From: an uncultured Gammaproteobacteria bacterium
Lineage (GTDB): Bacteria > Myxococcota_A > UBA9160 > SZUA-336
Direction: 5' to 3'
Assembly: GCA_964194645.1 (NCBI GenBank)
Contig: CAXMNF010000049.1
Location: 1-53,391, forward strand
DNA length: 53,391 nt
Shown: positions 26,086 through 35,440 of the stretch, one piece after another
How the letters are laid out: the number at the start of each line of letters is the position of its first letter
Position numbering within the stretch: the first letter of the stretch is position 1
Notes under the pieces: model-generated
What the model was told of the DNA's origin: nothing
Database searches by the model: none
Seen by the model: the letters and a program-made list of their open reading frames with translations, nothing else
Made by a program: the position numbers and the translations under genes

Positions 26086-26475
26086 TCACGAGCCGTAGCG
26101 CGGGTTGTCGATGGCCAGGCGGCGGCGTACCCCCGCCTCGAGCTCGGCCAGGAGTTCGGCGCGGAACGGTCCGGCGTCGGCCTCCCCCGCGCGGATTCGC
26201 GCGACCAGCTCCCGTTCGCGCTCGTCCACTGCGCGAGCCAACGCCTCGGGCTCGTCGGGCGCCGGGTCCTCACAGCCCAGCAGGCGGCCCAGACCCAGGT
26301 AGTGCTCGCGCCGCGCCGCAGCGCCGCCCTCGAGCTCGCGCGCCACGATGCCCAGGGCGTTCGAGGCGACCAGGGTGTGGAAGCGCTTCACCCCGTCGAG
26401 GCCGGGAATCAACTCCTGGTCGAGGAAGCGCCGCACGGCTGCGAGCAGCTCCAGGCTGGTCGGACGGTCCGCCAT
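26086..26475 (-). CDS. DUF6285-like small protein
   Basis: ATG 26475. The N-terminus DRPTSLELLAAVRRFLDQELIP...RFHTLVASNALGIVAREL resembles DUF6285 proteins as I remember them. Confidence 0.5.
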   Translation of the reverse strand: MADRPTSLELLAAVRRFLDQELIPGLDGVKRFHTLVASNALGIVARELEGGAAARREHYLGLGRLLGCEDPAPDEPEALARAVDERERELVARIRAGEADAGPFRAELLAELEAGVRRRLAIDNPRYGS

Positions 26476-26494
26476 CGGCCGCAGAGCATACCCG

Positions 26495-27208
26495 CTAGTC
26501 GAGCTCGCGGTGCAGGAAGCCGAGGGCGCGCCGCCAGCCGTCCTCGGCGGCGTCGGGGCGGTAGGCGTCGGGCCGACTGTCGTTCGCAAAGGCATGACCG
26601 GCGCCCGGGTAGACCACCACCTCGACCGCATGAGGCAGCTCGAGGGCCCGCCGCTCCAGGGCCTCGACGTCGGCGAGCGGCACGATCGGGTCCTCCTTGC
26701 CAAAGAGCCCCAGCAACGGGCAGCCGAGCGCAGCCAAGGCGTCGAGCGGATGCTCGGGGTTCCGCTCGTCGAGCTCGCCGACCGAGAGCATCCCGTACCA
26801 GGCAACCGCCGCAGCCAGACCGCTACAACGGCATGCGGCGAGCACCGTGTACTTGCCCCCCATGCAGAAGCCCGTGATCCCGAGCTTGCGCCCGCGCGTC
26901 TCGGGCCGCTCGCTGAGCCAGTCGCGAGCAGCCTGGAGATCGCCGAGCACCTGGCGGTCCGGGAGTTCGCGCATGAAGCGGAACACCTGCTGCATGTCCG
27001 AGGTGTCGGGGCTCTCGCCGCGCGCGTACAGGTTCACGGCCAGGGCCGCGAAGCCAGCGTCGGCCAGGCGCCGCGCCACATCGCGGTAGTGCTCGTAGAG
27101 GCCGCGCACATCCGGGATCACCACGACTCCCGGGTGCGTCCCGGCTTCTTGCGGCAGCTCGAGCCAGCCCTCGATTCGATCCGATCCGCTCGGAAGCTCG
27201 ACCCTCAA
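26495..27208 (-). CDS. Dienelactone hydrolase family protein
   Basis: TTG 27208 overlaps the upstream TGA (TTGA). Motifs GVVVIPDVRGL, nucleophile elbow GFCMGG and GAGHAF. Confidence 0.85.
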   Translation of the reverse strand: MRVELPSGSDRIEGWLELPQEAGTHPGVVVIPDVRGLYEHYRDVARRLADAGFAALAVNLYARGESPDTSDMQQVFRFMRELPDRQVLGDLQAARDWLSERPETRGRKLGITGFCMGGKYTVLAACRCSGLAAAVAWYGMLSVGELDERNPEHPLDALAALGCPLLGLFGKEDPIVPLADVEALERRALELPHAVEVVVYPGAGHAFANDSRPDAYRPDAAEDGWRRALGFLHRELD

Positions 27209-27792
27209 GGCGCCAGCGGATCGCGCTTCCAGACGTAGATGCGCATCGGCGGCAGGTTCCAGAAGCCGGAGTGCGTCTCGGCCGGCCCGAACACCGGCTC
27301 GGCGAAACGCCGCACGTGGCTGCGGAACTGGTAGGCGACGAAGCGGCCGCGCTCCGAGAGCACCCGCTTCGCGGCTTCGAGCGTGCGCCGTCCCGCGCCG
27401 CGCTCCATGGTCGAGAACGGCACGCCCGACACGACCAGGTCCGCGCACTCTTCGCCCGCTTCGGCCAGCGCCTTCTCCAGATCGGTCGAGCTGCCCTCGT
27501 AGATCGTGAGGCGCGGGTCCCGGAACTCGCGACGCAGCACCGACACGAAGTCGGGGCTGATCTCGACGGCCACGAGCTTCCCGTCGGCCGGCATGCGTCC
27601 CAGGATTTCGCGGGTGAACACGCCCGTGCCCGGTCCCAGCTCGACGATCACGCGCGCTTGGGCGGCGCGACCGCAGCTCAGCACGCGACGGGTCAGGAAG
27701 CGCGAGCTCGGCACGATCGACCCGACTTCGCGCGGGTTGCGCAGGAACCCCTTGAGGAACTCGATGGGCCGGTTTGGCTGGGCAGTGGGCAT
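27205..27792 (-). CDS. Class I SAM-dependent methyltransferase (COG3963 phospholipid N-methyltransferase / rRNA adenine dimethylase-like)
   Basis: ATG 27792 with SD GAGGAG. SAM motif VELGPGTG. N-terminal motif FLRNPREVGSIVPSS. Confidence 0.75.
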   Translation of the reverse strand: MPTAQPNRPIEFLKGFLRNPREVGSIVPSSRFLTRRVLSCGRAAQARVIVELGPGTGVFTREILGRMPADGKLVAVEISPDFVSVLRREFRDPRLTIYEGSSTDLEKALAEAGEECADLVVSGVPFSTMERGAGRRTLEAAKRVLSERGRFVAYQFRSHVRRFAEPVFGPAETHSGFWNLPPMRIYVWKRDPLAP

Positions 27793-27883
27793 GGGAGGGA
27801 CTCCTCGGGACGGTCGACGGGAAAAGGCAACGGCAGGAATCGACCCCCTCGCTCCTGCTGGCGGATTAGTACGTGCCCGCCCG

Positions 27884-28579
27884 TCAGGCGTCAACCGCAC
27901 CCAGCAGCGCCCGGGAATGGCGCTCCAGCAGCTCGCGCAGCGCCCGCTCGACCGTCTCGGGGTCGCGCGCCCGGAGCGCCAGGGCCAGCCGCTGCAGGAG
28001 CGGCTGCAGCCGGCGCCGCTCGACCCGCAGTACGGCGCGCGCCCGCGCGGCGAGTGACTCGGGCACGAGATCGGCCAGTGAATGCACGAAGAGCGCGAGC
28101 ACCCGGTTCCGGGTCATCTGGGCCAGCCCCCGCTCGAGCTCTTCGAGCCCGCCCAGCAGCTCGCCGGCGGCGGCCTGCTCCAGCCGATCCGCCGCCGCAT
28201 CGCACTCCGCCCGGCTGGCGCGCTCGAGGGCGAGGCGCACCACGCCGGGCAGCAGCGATTCCCGCAGCTCGAGCAGATCCGCGAGCCAGACGCGGTCTGG
28301 GGCGCCGTCCCGCAGCAGTGCACCCCGCACCAATTCGAAGCTGGCCTGGCTCGGATCGCACACGTGGATCCCCGAGCCCTGCCGGATGCGCACCAGTCGC
28401 AGCTGCTCCAGCTTCTTCAGGGCTTCGCGCAACGAGCCGCGGTTCACACGCAGCTCGAGCGCCAGCTCGCGCTCGGGCGGCAGGCGCTCTCCTGGCCGCA
28501 GCGCACCGCTCACGATGCGCTCGCGCAGGCTCTCGGCCAGCGCGTCGGCGATTCGGCGCCGCTCTGCCCCCACCCCCAT
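27884..28579 (-). CDS. GntR/FadR-family transcriptional regulator
   Basis: wHTH region LPPERELALELRVNRGSLREALKKL plus an all-helical FCD-like C-terminal domain. Divergent from the MDR gene. Confidence 0.85.
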   Translation of the reverse strand: MGVGAERRRIADALAESLRERIVSGALRPGERLPPERELALELRVNRGSLREALKKLEQLRLVRIRQGSGIHVCDPSQASFELVRGALLRDGAPDRVWLADLLELRESLLPGVVRLALERASRAECDAAADRLEQAAAGELLGGLEELERGLAQMTRNRVLALFVHSLADLVPESLAARARAVLRVERRRLQPLLQRLALALRARDPETVERALRELLERHSRALLGAVDA

Positions 28580-28701
28580 CGACGGGCTCCTCCGCCGCAG
28601 GCAGTCTTGCACAGCCGGCGGGGACACGGGGACTTGAACGCGATGCCCCGCAGGCTTCATCATGCGGATCCGGCCCCGGACCAGGAGCCAAGGAGTCCCC
28701 G

Positions 28702-29868
28702 ATGACCACGATTCGCGCCTTTTCGATCACCGCCGACGCCATCGCGGCAGAGCAGAAGCGCGCCGGCGGCGACCTGGGCGCATTCGACATTGCCCGCGTC
28801 GTTCAACTCGACACGCTCGAACTCCCGGCGCTGGGCCCGCGCGACGCGCGCCTGAAGATCCTGGCGGTATCGGGCGAACACAACGTGGACCACGCCGCGT
28901 TGGCCGATACCGTGAACATCGCGGACACGCGCGGTGGGCGGATCTTCCCGGGCAACTCCGCGGTCGGCGAAGTGATCGAGGTCGGAGCCGAGGTCTCCAA
29001 ATTCAAGGTGGGCGACATCGTCGTCACGCATTGCAACGGCGAACAGGATCGATTCGGGTTCCCGATGCGCATCTGGGCGTACGACCAGCCCGAGTCGGTC
29101 GGCTGGTACGGCGAGGAGGCCGTGGTCGGAGACTGGCAGATCGTGCCCGCCCCGATCGACTGCGGGCTGTCGCTCTGGGAGATCGCGGCGCTGCCGCTGC
29201 GCGCGCCCACCGCCTACCACCTGTGGCGGCGTGCGCTCGGCATCTACCGCGTCAAGGTTTCGCGCGAGCGCCAGGCGGTGCTCAACGTGCTGGGCTTCGG
29301 GGGCGGGGTCTCGGAGCTCTTCCTGATGCTGGCGCGCTCCGAGGGGCACAATGCCTTCTTCTGCTCGGGCAGCCCCGAGCGGCGCATCGCACTCGACAAG
29401 CTCGGCATCACCGGAATCGACCAGAAGGCGTACAACCGCTTCGCGTCGCGCGACGACGTCCGCGCGTTCCGCGGAGAAGTTCGCAAGCTGACCGGCGGCA
29501 GCGACATGCATCTGGTGTGCGACATGCTGCGCGGTCCGGTCTTCGACGCGGGCCTTGCGGTGTGCGCGCGCCAGGGCGTGAACGTCTCGGCCGGCTGGCA
29601 GCTCTCGCAGGTCGTCACCTACAACTCGACCCTGATGTCGGTGCGGCAGGTGACCCTGGACCACACCCACTACGAGACGCTGGAGGGCGTGGCCGCCGCC
29701 ACCGAACTGTACGGCAGCGTCTTCAAGCCCACGATCCACCACGAGATCTATGCGTTCGAGGATCTGCCCCGCGCGATGCACGAGATGCACCAGAACGTGC
29801 AGACCGGCATCCCGATCATCCGGGTGGCCAAGGACCTGCCGGCGCAGGTGCGCGCGATCGCGCCGTAG
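28702..29868 (+). CDS. MDR-superfamily oxidoreductase resembling the crotonyl-CoA reductase/carboxylase subgroup
   Basis: SD AAGGAG precedes the ATG. GroES-like region GNSAVGEVIEVGAEVSKFKVGD, Rossmann motif LGFGGGVS and CCR-like stretches RIWAYD...GWYGEEAVV and TGGSDMHLV. The subgroup assignment is from memory. Confidence 0.65.
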   Translation: MTTIRAFSITADAIAAEQKRAGGDLGAFDIARVVQLDTLELPALGPRDARLKILAVSGEHNVDHAALADTVNIADTRGGRIFPGNSAVGEVIEVGAEVSKFKVGDIVVTHCNGEQDRFGFPMRIWAYDQPESVGWYGEEAVVGDWQIVPAPIDCGLSLWEIAALPLRAPTAYHLWRRALGIYRVKVSRERQAVLNVLGFGGGVSELFLMLARSEGHNAFFCSGSPERRIALDKLGITGIDQKAYNRFASRDDVRAFRGEVRKLTGGSDMHLVCDMLRGPVFDAGLAVCARQGVNVSAGWQLSQVVTYNSTLMSVRQVTLDHTHYETLEGVAAATELYGSVFKPTIHHEIYAFEDLPRAMHEMHQNVQTGIPIIRVAKDLPAQVRAIAP

Positions 29869-29875
29869 CCGCGCC

Positions 29876-30298
29876 GTGCCGCGTCGCTACTGGCTCACAA
29901 AGTCGGAGCCCGCCAAGTACCCCTGGTCGAGGCTGGTCGCGGACCGGCGTACCTACTGGGACGGCGTGCGCAACCACCAGGCGCGCAACTACCTGCAAGC
30001 CATGCAGAAGGGAGACCTGGTGCTCTTCTACCACTCGAACGAGGGGCGCGAGGTGGTCGGGGTGGCGAGCGTGGTCGAGACGGCCTACCCGGATCCGACC
30101 ACGAAGGACGAACGCTGGGTGGTCGTGGACGTCGAGCCGGTCGTCCCGCTGGAACGTCCGGTGACCCTGGCGGAGATCAAGGAGGATGCAAAACTCGAAG
30201 GCATCGCCCTGCTGCGCCAGTCACGGCTCTCGGTGATGCCGCTCGAAGCGCGCCACTTCCGCCGCATCCTCTCGCTCGGCAAGACGCGCCTGCCCTAG
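29876..30298 (+). CDS. EVE (PUA-like) domain protein
   Basis: GTG 29876. Motifs RYWLTKSEP, WDGVRNHQARNYLQAMQKGDLVLFYHS and VVGVASV. Confidence 0.8.
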   Translation: MPRRYWLTKSEPAKYPWSRLVADRRTYWDGVRNHQARNYLQAMQKGDLVLFYHSNEGREVVGVASVVETAYPDPTTKDERWVVVDVEPVVPLERPVTLAEIKEDAKLEGIALLRQSRLSVMPLEARHFRRILSLGKTRLP

Positions 30299-30828
30299 CT
30301 CCGCGGCATTCCGATCCCCTCGGGCTTCGGCAGCGGCTCGCCCGGCAGCGCGCCCTCCGGATACATCTCCTGCACCACCCAGAGCTGGGACGCCACCCGG
30401 TTCAGCGATTCGGGAAGCCGGCCCGGAACCCGGGCGGCCAAGGTGCGGTCCAGGTCGAGCATGCTGCCGCGCAACACCATGATCGAGCGCCCCAGCTGGA
30501 TCCGCTCGATGCCAGTCTTCTCCGACGAGCGCTCCAGCTCAACGACAGACTCCTCGAGCCGCGCCAGCGCCAGCTCCATCTGCTCGAACTTCTCGACGCT
30601 CCTGATCCGGTCGGCCGCCAGCTCCTGGATCGCGGCCCACTCCCGGCGCATGTCCGTCCAGACTTCCGCGACGCTGCGCGCCGCTTGCGGGTCGGGTAGC
30701 TCCGGGGCCTGCTCGACGTCGGGGGCGCCTCCCGGCAGCTCGGGCTCGGGTGTCGATGCGTCCTGACAGCCTGCGGCAAGCCCGGCGGACAACACCAGCA
30801 ACAGCAAGGTGCGGGTCCGGTGCTTCAT
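30295..30828 (-). CDS. Hypothetical lipoprotein with a predicted coiled-coil region
   Basis: ATG 30828. Signal peptide and lipobox LAAGC. No recognisable domain. Confidence 0.6.
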   Translation of the reverse strand: MKHRTRTLLLLVLSAGLAAGCQDASTPEPELPGGAPDVEQAPELPDPQAARSVAEVWTDMRREWAAIQELAADRIRSVEKFEQMELALARLEESVVELERSSEKTGIERIQLGRSIMVLRGSMLDLDRTLAARVPGRLPESLNRVASQLWVVQEMYPEGALPGEPLPKPEGIGMPRS

Positions 30829-30912
30829 GCTTCGCGCTCCTCCTCGCGATCGGTCGGCCGGGATACTACGACGAAGCCGCCTCGGGTGGGAACACCTGAT
30901 AGACTGCCGCGC

Positions 30913-32403
30913 ATGGCGCTGAACCTCGGCACGATCCTCTCCACGAGCGCTGCCGACCGACCCGAGCGGCCGGTGCTGCGTCTGGGCGAGCAGGTCATGT
31001 GCTACGCCGATCTCGACCGGGCCGCCCGCGGCTTCGCCACCAGCCTGCGCGAGCAGGGCGTCTCGCCCGGCGACCGCGTGGCACTGATGATCCCGAATCT
31101 GCCCGAGTTCACGATCGCCTACTTCGGGATCCTGTACGCGGGCGGCACGGTGGTGCCGCTGAACGTGCTGCTCACTGCGCCCGAGGTCCGCTACCACCTC
31201 GAGGACTCCGAGGCGAAGCTGCTGGTCGCGCATCCGCTGTTCGGCGAGCCGGCGCGCCAGGGCGCCGAGCAGGCCGGGGCGCCGATCGTCTGGGCTGCAG
31301 GCGACGCCGAGCCGAACCTGGCCGGCTATGCGGCGGCCGAGCCGCTCGCTGCGCTCTGGTCGACGCAGCCCGACGACACGGCAGTGATCCTGTACACGTC
31401 CGGCACCACGGGCAAGCCCAAGGGCGCGGAGCTGACGCACGCGAACCTGCTGCTGAACTGCTCGCTGGTGGTGCCGAAGCTGCTGCCGCTCGGGCCCGAT
31501 GACGTAGCGCTGGCCGCCCTGCCCCTATTCCACTCGTTCGGCCAGACCTGCATCCAGAACGCCACGATCGCAGTGGGCGGGAGCTTCACCTTGCTGCCGC
31601 GCTTCACGCCCGAGGACGCCTTCGAGATCATGCAGCGCGACCGGGTGACGCTCTTCGCGGGCGTGCCCACCATGTACTTCGCGCTCTTGAACCACCAGGG
31701 CGGCGAGCGCTACGACCTGTCCGCACTGCGCTACTGCATGGCGGGCGGAGCCGCGCTGCCGGTCGAGGTGATGCACGCCTTCGAGAAGAAGTACCCGGTG
31801 CAGATCCTCGAGGGCTTCGGACTGTCCGAGACCTCGCCGGTAGCGAGCTTCAACACGATGGATCGGCCGCGCAAGCCCGGCTCGATCGGCTACCCGGTCT
31901 GGGGCGTCGAGATGTGCATCCTGGACGAGGAGGATCGGCCGCTGGCGGACGGTGAGCCGGGCGAGATCTGCATCCGCGGCCACAACGTCATGAAGGGCTA
32001 CTGGAAGCGCCCCGACGCGACCAAGGAGGCCCTGCGCGGCGGCTGGTTCCACTCCGGCGACATCGGAGTCCGCGATCCCGACGGCTCCTACCGGATCGTG
32101 GACCGCAAGAAGGACATGATCATCCGCGGCGGCTTCAATGTGTACCCGCGCGAGATCGAAGAAGTGCTCTACGCGCATCCCGCGATCATCGAGGCGGCCG
32201 TGCTGGGTGTGCCGCACGAGCGCCACGGCGAAGAAGTGAAGGCCGTGGTGGTGCTCGCTCCCAACCAGTCACTCGAGGGTCCGGACCTGATCGCCTGGAC
32301 CAAGGAGCGCCTCGCGGCCTACAAGTACCCGCGCATCGTCGAGTTCTCGGACAGCCTCCCCAAGGGCCCCACCGGCAAGATCCTCAAGCGCGAGCTTCGC
32401 TAG
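30913..32403 (+). CDS. Long-chain fatty acid-CoA ligase (AMP-binding / ANL superfamily)
   Basis: Motifs YTSGTTGKPKGA, GFGLSE, GWFHSGD and PKGPTGKILKREL. Confidence 0.9.
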   Translation: MALNLGTILSTSAADRPERPVLRLGEQVMCYADLDRAARGFATSLREQGVSPGDRVALMIPNLPEFTIAYFGILYAGGTVVPLNVLLTAPEVRYHLEDSEAKLLVAHPLFGEPARQGAEQAGAPIVWAAGDAEPNLAGYAAAEPLAALWSTQPDDTAVILYTSGTTGKPKGAELTHANLLLNCSLVVPKLLPLGPDDVALAALPLFHSFGQTCIQNATIAVGGSFTLLPRFTPEDAFEIMQRDRVTLFAGVPTMYFALLNHQGGERYDLSALRYCMAGGAALPVEVMHAFEKKYPVQILEGFGLSETSPVASFNTMDRPRKPGSIGYPVWGVEMCILDEEDRPLADGEPGEICIRGHNVMKGYWKRPDATKEALRGGWFHSGDIGVRDPDGSYRIVDRKKDMIIRGGFNVYPREIEEVLYAHPAIIEAAVLGVPHERHGEEVKAVVVLAPNQSLEGPDLIAWTKERLAAYKYPRIVEFSDSLPKGPTGKILKRELR

Positions 32404-32414
32404 GCCATAGGCCA

Positions 32415-32475
32415 GGGACGTTCCTGCCTAACTGCTTAACTCGTCCAGAGTTAAGCAGTTAAGCAGGAACGTCCC
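32415..32475. terminator. Long near-perfect hairpin (27-bp stem, 1 mismatch, 7-nt loop) between convergent genes; probable bidirectional terminator or small palindromic element
   Basis: The sequence gggacgttcctgcctaactgcttaact-cgtccag-agttaagcagttaagcaggaacgtccc is locally AT-rich. Each arm contains a tandem 8-mer (TTAAGCAG x2). Confidence 0.5.
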
Positions 32476-32483
32476 TTAGTCCC

Positions 32484-32912
32484 TTAGGCGGGGAACTTGG
32501 AGATGCGGCGCGCGTGGCGGCCGGCTTCGAACGGGGTGTCGAGCCAGATGCGTACCCACTTCTGCAGGTCTGCGCTCGGGAATTCGCCCGCGCCCAGACA
32601 CAGCACGTTCGAGTCGTGGTGCGCGCGCGTCATCGTAGCGGTGCGCTCGCTGTAGACCAGCGCACCGCGGATGCCCGGCACCCGGTTGGCGACCATCGCC
32701 ATGCCAATCCCGTTGGTGCAGGCGAGGATCGCGCGCTCCGCCCGCCCGTCCGCCACGCTGCGCACTGCGGGAATCGCGAAGTCCGGGTAGTCACACGACT
32801 CGTCCGAGTCGGTGCCGCAGTCGAGCACTTCGTGGCCGAGGCGCTGTAGCTCCTGGGCGAGCTCGCGCTTGAAGCTGAGGCCCGCGTGGTCGGCGGCGAG
32901 CGCGATCCTCAT
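32484..32912 (-). CDS. rpiB: Ribose-5-phosphate isomerase B
   Basis: Motifs MRIALAADHAG, GILACTNGIGMAMVANR and ARAHHDSNVLCLG-like. Confidence 0.9.
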   Translation of the reverse strand: MRIALAADHAGLSFKRELAQELQRLGHEVLDCGTDSDESCDYPDFAIPAVRSVADGRAERAILACTNGIGMAMVANRVPGIRGALVYSERTATMTRAHHDSNVLCLGAGEFPSADLQKWVRIWLDTPFEAGRHARRISKFPA

Positions 32913-32913
32913 G

Positions 32914-33831
32914 CTAGGCAGCCTGGTAGATGTCCATGATCGCGTGCAAAAGATCGATGGCCTCGGTCTTGGGGCGCTGGAAGCTGTTGCGTCCCACGAT
33001 CGAGCCGAATCCTCCCCCGTCGACGATCGCTCGGATCTCCCCGAGCAGGCCCTCGCGTCCCTGCGCGGCCCCTCCCGAGAAGATCACGATGCGCCGGCCG
33101 CCGAATGCCGACTGCACCACGTGGCGCACGCGCTCGGCCAGGGTGCCGATCGGAATGCTCTCGGACTCGTAGACCTTGCGCGCCGCATCCTGCTCTATGT
33201 GCTCGGTCGGGGGCTTCACTTTGATCACGTGCGCGCCGAGCTGCGCGGCGATCTGGGCGGCATAGGCGACCACGTCGATCGCGGTCTCGCCCTGCTTCGA
33301 GATCCCCGCGCCGCGCGGATAGGACCAGATCACCACGGCGAGCCCACTCGCCTTGGCCTCCTCGCCGAGCTCCTTGATCTGCTCGAACATCAGGTTGCGC
33401 TCGCCAGAGCCCGGGTAGATCGTGAAGCCGATCGCCGAAGCGCCGAGGCGCAGGGCGTCGTCCACGGAGCCGGTCAGCGCGGAACACGGTTCGCCTCCCG
33501 ACAGGGAGTCCGAGTTGTTCAGCTTCAGGATCAGCGGAACGTCGCCGGCGAATTCCGCCGCGCCGGCCTCCAGGAAGCCGAGCGGCGCCGCGTATGCGTT
33601 GCAGCCCGCCTCGAGCGCCAGCTCGAAGTGGTAGCGCGGGTCGTAGCCGGCCGGGTTCTTCGCAAAGCTGCGCGCCGGCCCGTGCTCGAAGCCCTGGTCC
33701 ACCGGCAGGATCACGAGCTTGCCGCTGCCCCCCAGGCGTCCGTGGTTCAGGAGTCGCGCCAGACTCGCCAGGGTCCCGGGGTTGTCGGATCCATACCAGG
33801 AGAGGATCTCCTTCACCCGCTTCGTCGACAC
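32914..33831 (-). CDS. fbaB: Class I fructose-bisphosphate aldolase (DhnA/FbaB type)
   Basis: Motifs ILPVDQGFEHGP, LKLNNS and the active-site Lys region HVIKVKPP. GTG start with SD GGGAGGA. Confidence 0.8.
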   Translation of the reverse strand: MSTKRVKEILSWYGSDNPGTLASLARLLNHGRLGGSGKLVILPVDQGFEHGPARSFAKNPAGYDPRYHFELALEAGCNAYAAPLGFLEAGAAEFAGDVPLILKLNNSDSLSGGEPCSALTGSVDDALRLGASAIGFTIYPGSGERNLMFEQIKELGEEAKASGLAVVIWSYPRGAGISKQGETAIDVVAYAAQIAAQLGAHVIKVKPPTEHIEQDAARKVYESESIPIGTLAERVRHVVQSAFGGRRIVIFSGGAAQGREGLLGEIRAIVDGGGFGSIVGRNSFQRPKTEAIDLLHAIMDIYQAA

Positions 33832-33860
33832 AGCCTTTTCCTCCCTCGGTTCTGGCGGGG

Positions 33861-33866
33861 ATTCTA
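33861..33866 (-). promoter_or_regulatory. Candidate -10 box TAGAAT (minus strand, context ggcTAGAATccc) upstream of fbaB
   Basis: The plus strand reads attcta at 33861-33866. This leaves a 29-nt leader with an SD before GTG 33831. Confidence 0.3.
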
Positions 33867-33933
33867 GCCCAGCCCCGCCGGGCGGGGCCCGTGCTCAGGC
33901 GAGCCGGCCGTTTCTCCGCTCTACTAGAAGGAG

Positions 33934-35364
33934 ATGAGCCGTTCGGTGCAGATCGTATGCACGATCGGACCCGCGAGCCGCGACCCCGCCACGCTCGCCG
34001 GTCTGATCGACGCTGGAATGCGGGTCGCCCGGCTGAACCTGGCGCACGGGGGCGCCGAGCAGCACCGCGAGACGTTCGCCCGGATCCGCGCGGCGTCGCA
34101 GGCAGCAGCGGCGCCCGTGGCGGTCCTGCTGGACCTGCCGGGTCCGAAGCTGCGCCTGGGCGACATCCCGGACGGGCCCCGCGACCTGGCCGCTGGTGAA
34201 GAGGTGACCCTGGTCTGCGACGGCGGCAAGGCGGGGCCGGGGCGCTTGCCGCTGCCCGACCCCTGGCTCGCCCAGGAGGTCCAGCCGGGCGCGCAGGTCG
34301 TGATTGGCGATGGCCTGGTCGAGCTCGAGGTGCTGGCCGTGGAGCCGCCCGAGGTGCTGTGCCGCGTGCGCGTGGGTGGGCCGGTCTCGACCGGCAAGGG
34401 TGTGAACGTGCCCGGCGGGCTCACCGCCCGGCCCGTGGTCGGCGAGGACGACCGGGCGGGACTGCGCCTGGGCCTGGCGCTGGGCGTCGACCTGATCGGC
34501 GTCTCGTACGTGCGCTCCGCCGAGGATCTGGTTTCGGTGCGGCGCGAGCTGCGTCTGCTCGGCGGCAGCCTGCCGCTGGTGGCCAAGATCGAGACGGCGC
34601 TCGCGCTCGAACATCTGGAGGCGATCCTGCGCCGCAGCGACGCGGTGATGATCGCTCGCGGGGACCTGTCCCTCGAGATTCCCTACGAGCGCGTGCCGAT
34701 CGAGCAGAAGCGCATCGTGCTCGCGGCGCTGCGCGCCGGGCGCCCGGTGATCACGGCCACCCAGATGCTCCAGTCGATGGTGTCGGCGCCGCGGCCCACG
34801 CGTGCCGAGGCGACGGACGTCGCGAATGCGGTGCTGGACGGCACCGACGCGGTGATGCTCTCGGACGAGACCGCAGTGGGCGTCGACCCGGTGCGCGCTT
34901 GCCTGTCGATGGCGCGAATCGTCGAGGAGACAGAGAGCGCCCTGCCGTCTGCGCCAGTGCCGGAACCCGTGGGACTCTCCGACGAACTGCACGAGCTGGT
35001 GGTCTTCTCGCGCGCCGCGGTCGCCACGGCGCGCGAGCTCGGCGTGCGCGCGATCGTCACCTGGACACGCGGCGGACTGGCTGCGCGGCTGCTGGCGCGC
35101 GAGCGCCCGCCGGTGCCGATCCTGGCGCCGACCCGCTTCCCCGAGGCCTGGCAACGCCTGGCGCTGCTCTACGGCACGCGGCCCATCCTGTGTCCGGACG
35201 GACGCCTCGAGCTGGCGCAACTCGAACGCGAGCTGGGAGCGGTCGACGAGCGCACCCTGCTGCTGATGGTGCGCCACCAGGCCGGAGACGGACGGCGCAT
35301 CCCCTGGATCGGCCTGGTCCGTGTGGCGGACACCGAGGGATGGGCGCAAGATCCGCACGATTGA
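33934..35364 (+). CDS. pyk: Pyruvate kinase
   Basis: Motifs IVCTIGPAS, ARLNLAHG, IAKIE, MIARGDL and ATQML.SM. SD AAGGAG. Confidence 0.92.
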   Translation: MSRSVQIVCTIGPASRDPATLAGLIDAGMRVARLNLAHGGAEQHRETFARIRAASQAAAAPVAVLLDLPGPKLRLGDIPDGPRDLAAGEEVTLVCDGGKAGPGRLPLPDPWLAQEVQPGAQVVIGDGLVELEVLAVEPPEVLCRVRVGGPVSTGKGVNVPGGLTARPVVGEDDRAGLRLGLALGVDLIGVSYVRSAEDLVSVRRELRLLGGSLPLVAKIETALALEHLEAILRRSDAVMIARGDLSLEIPYERVPIEQKRIVLAALRAGRPVITATQMLQSMVSAPRPTRAEATDVANAVLDGTDAVMLSDETAVGVDPVRACLSMARIVEETESALPSAPVPEPVGLSDELHELVVFSRAAVATARELGVRAIVTWTRGGLAARLLARERPPVPILAPTRFPEAWQRLALLYGTRPILCPDGRLELAQLERELGAVDERTLLLMVRHQAGDGRRIPWIGLVRVADTEGWAQDPHD

Positions 35365-35440
35365 GTGGGCTTCTCCGGGTGTTCTGCCCGGGAATCGGCA
35401 GCCGTTGGCCCGCCCAACCGTAGCCTGCTAGCGTGGGTTG

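Noticed and set aside
32426-32464. attC-like recombination site. GCCTAAC (inverse core) and GTTAAGC (GTTRRRY core) occur in the two arms of the palindrome, and GTTAGGC also occurs in the REP tails.
   Set aside because: The core-to-core distance (39 bp) is shorter than known attC sites. The stem is almost perfect, with no extrahelical bases. There is no integron integrase or cassette structure, and the flanking genes are convergent housekeeping genes.
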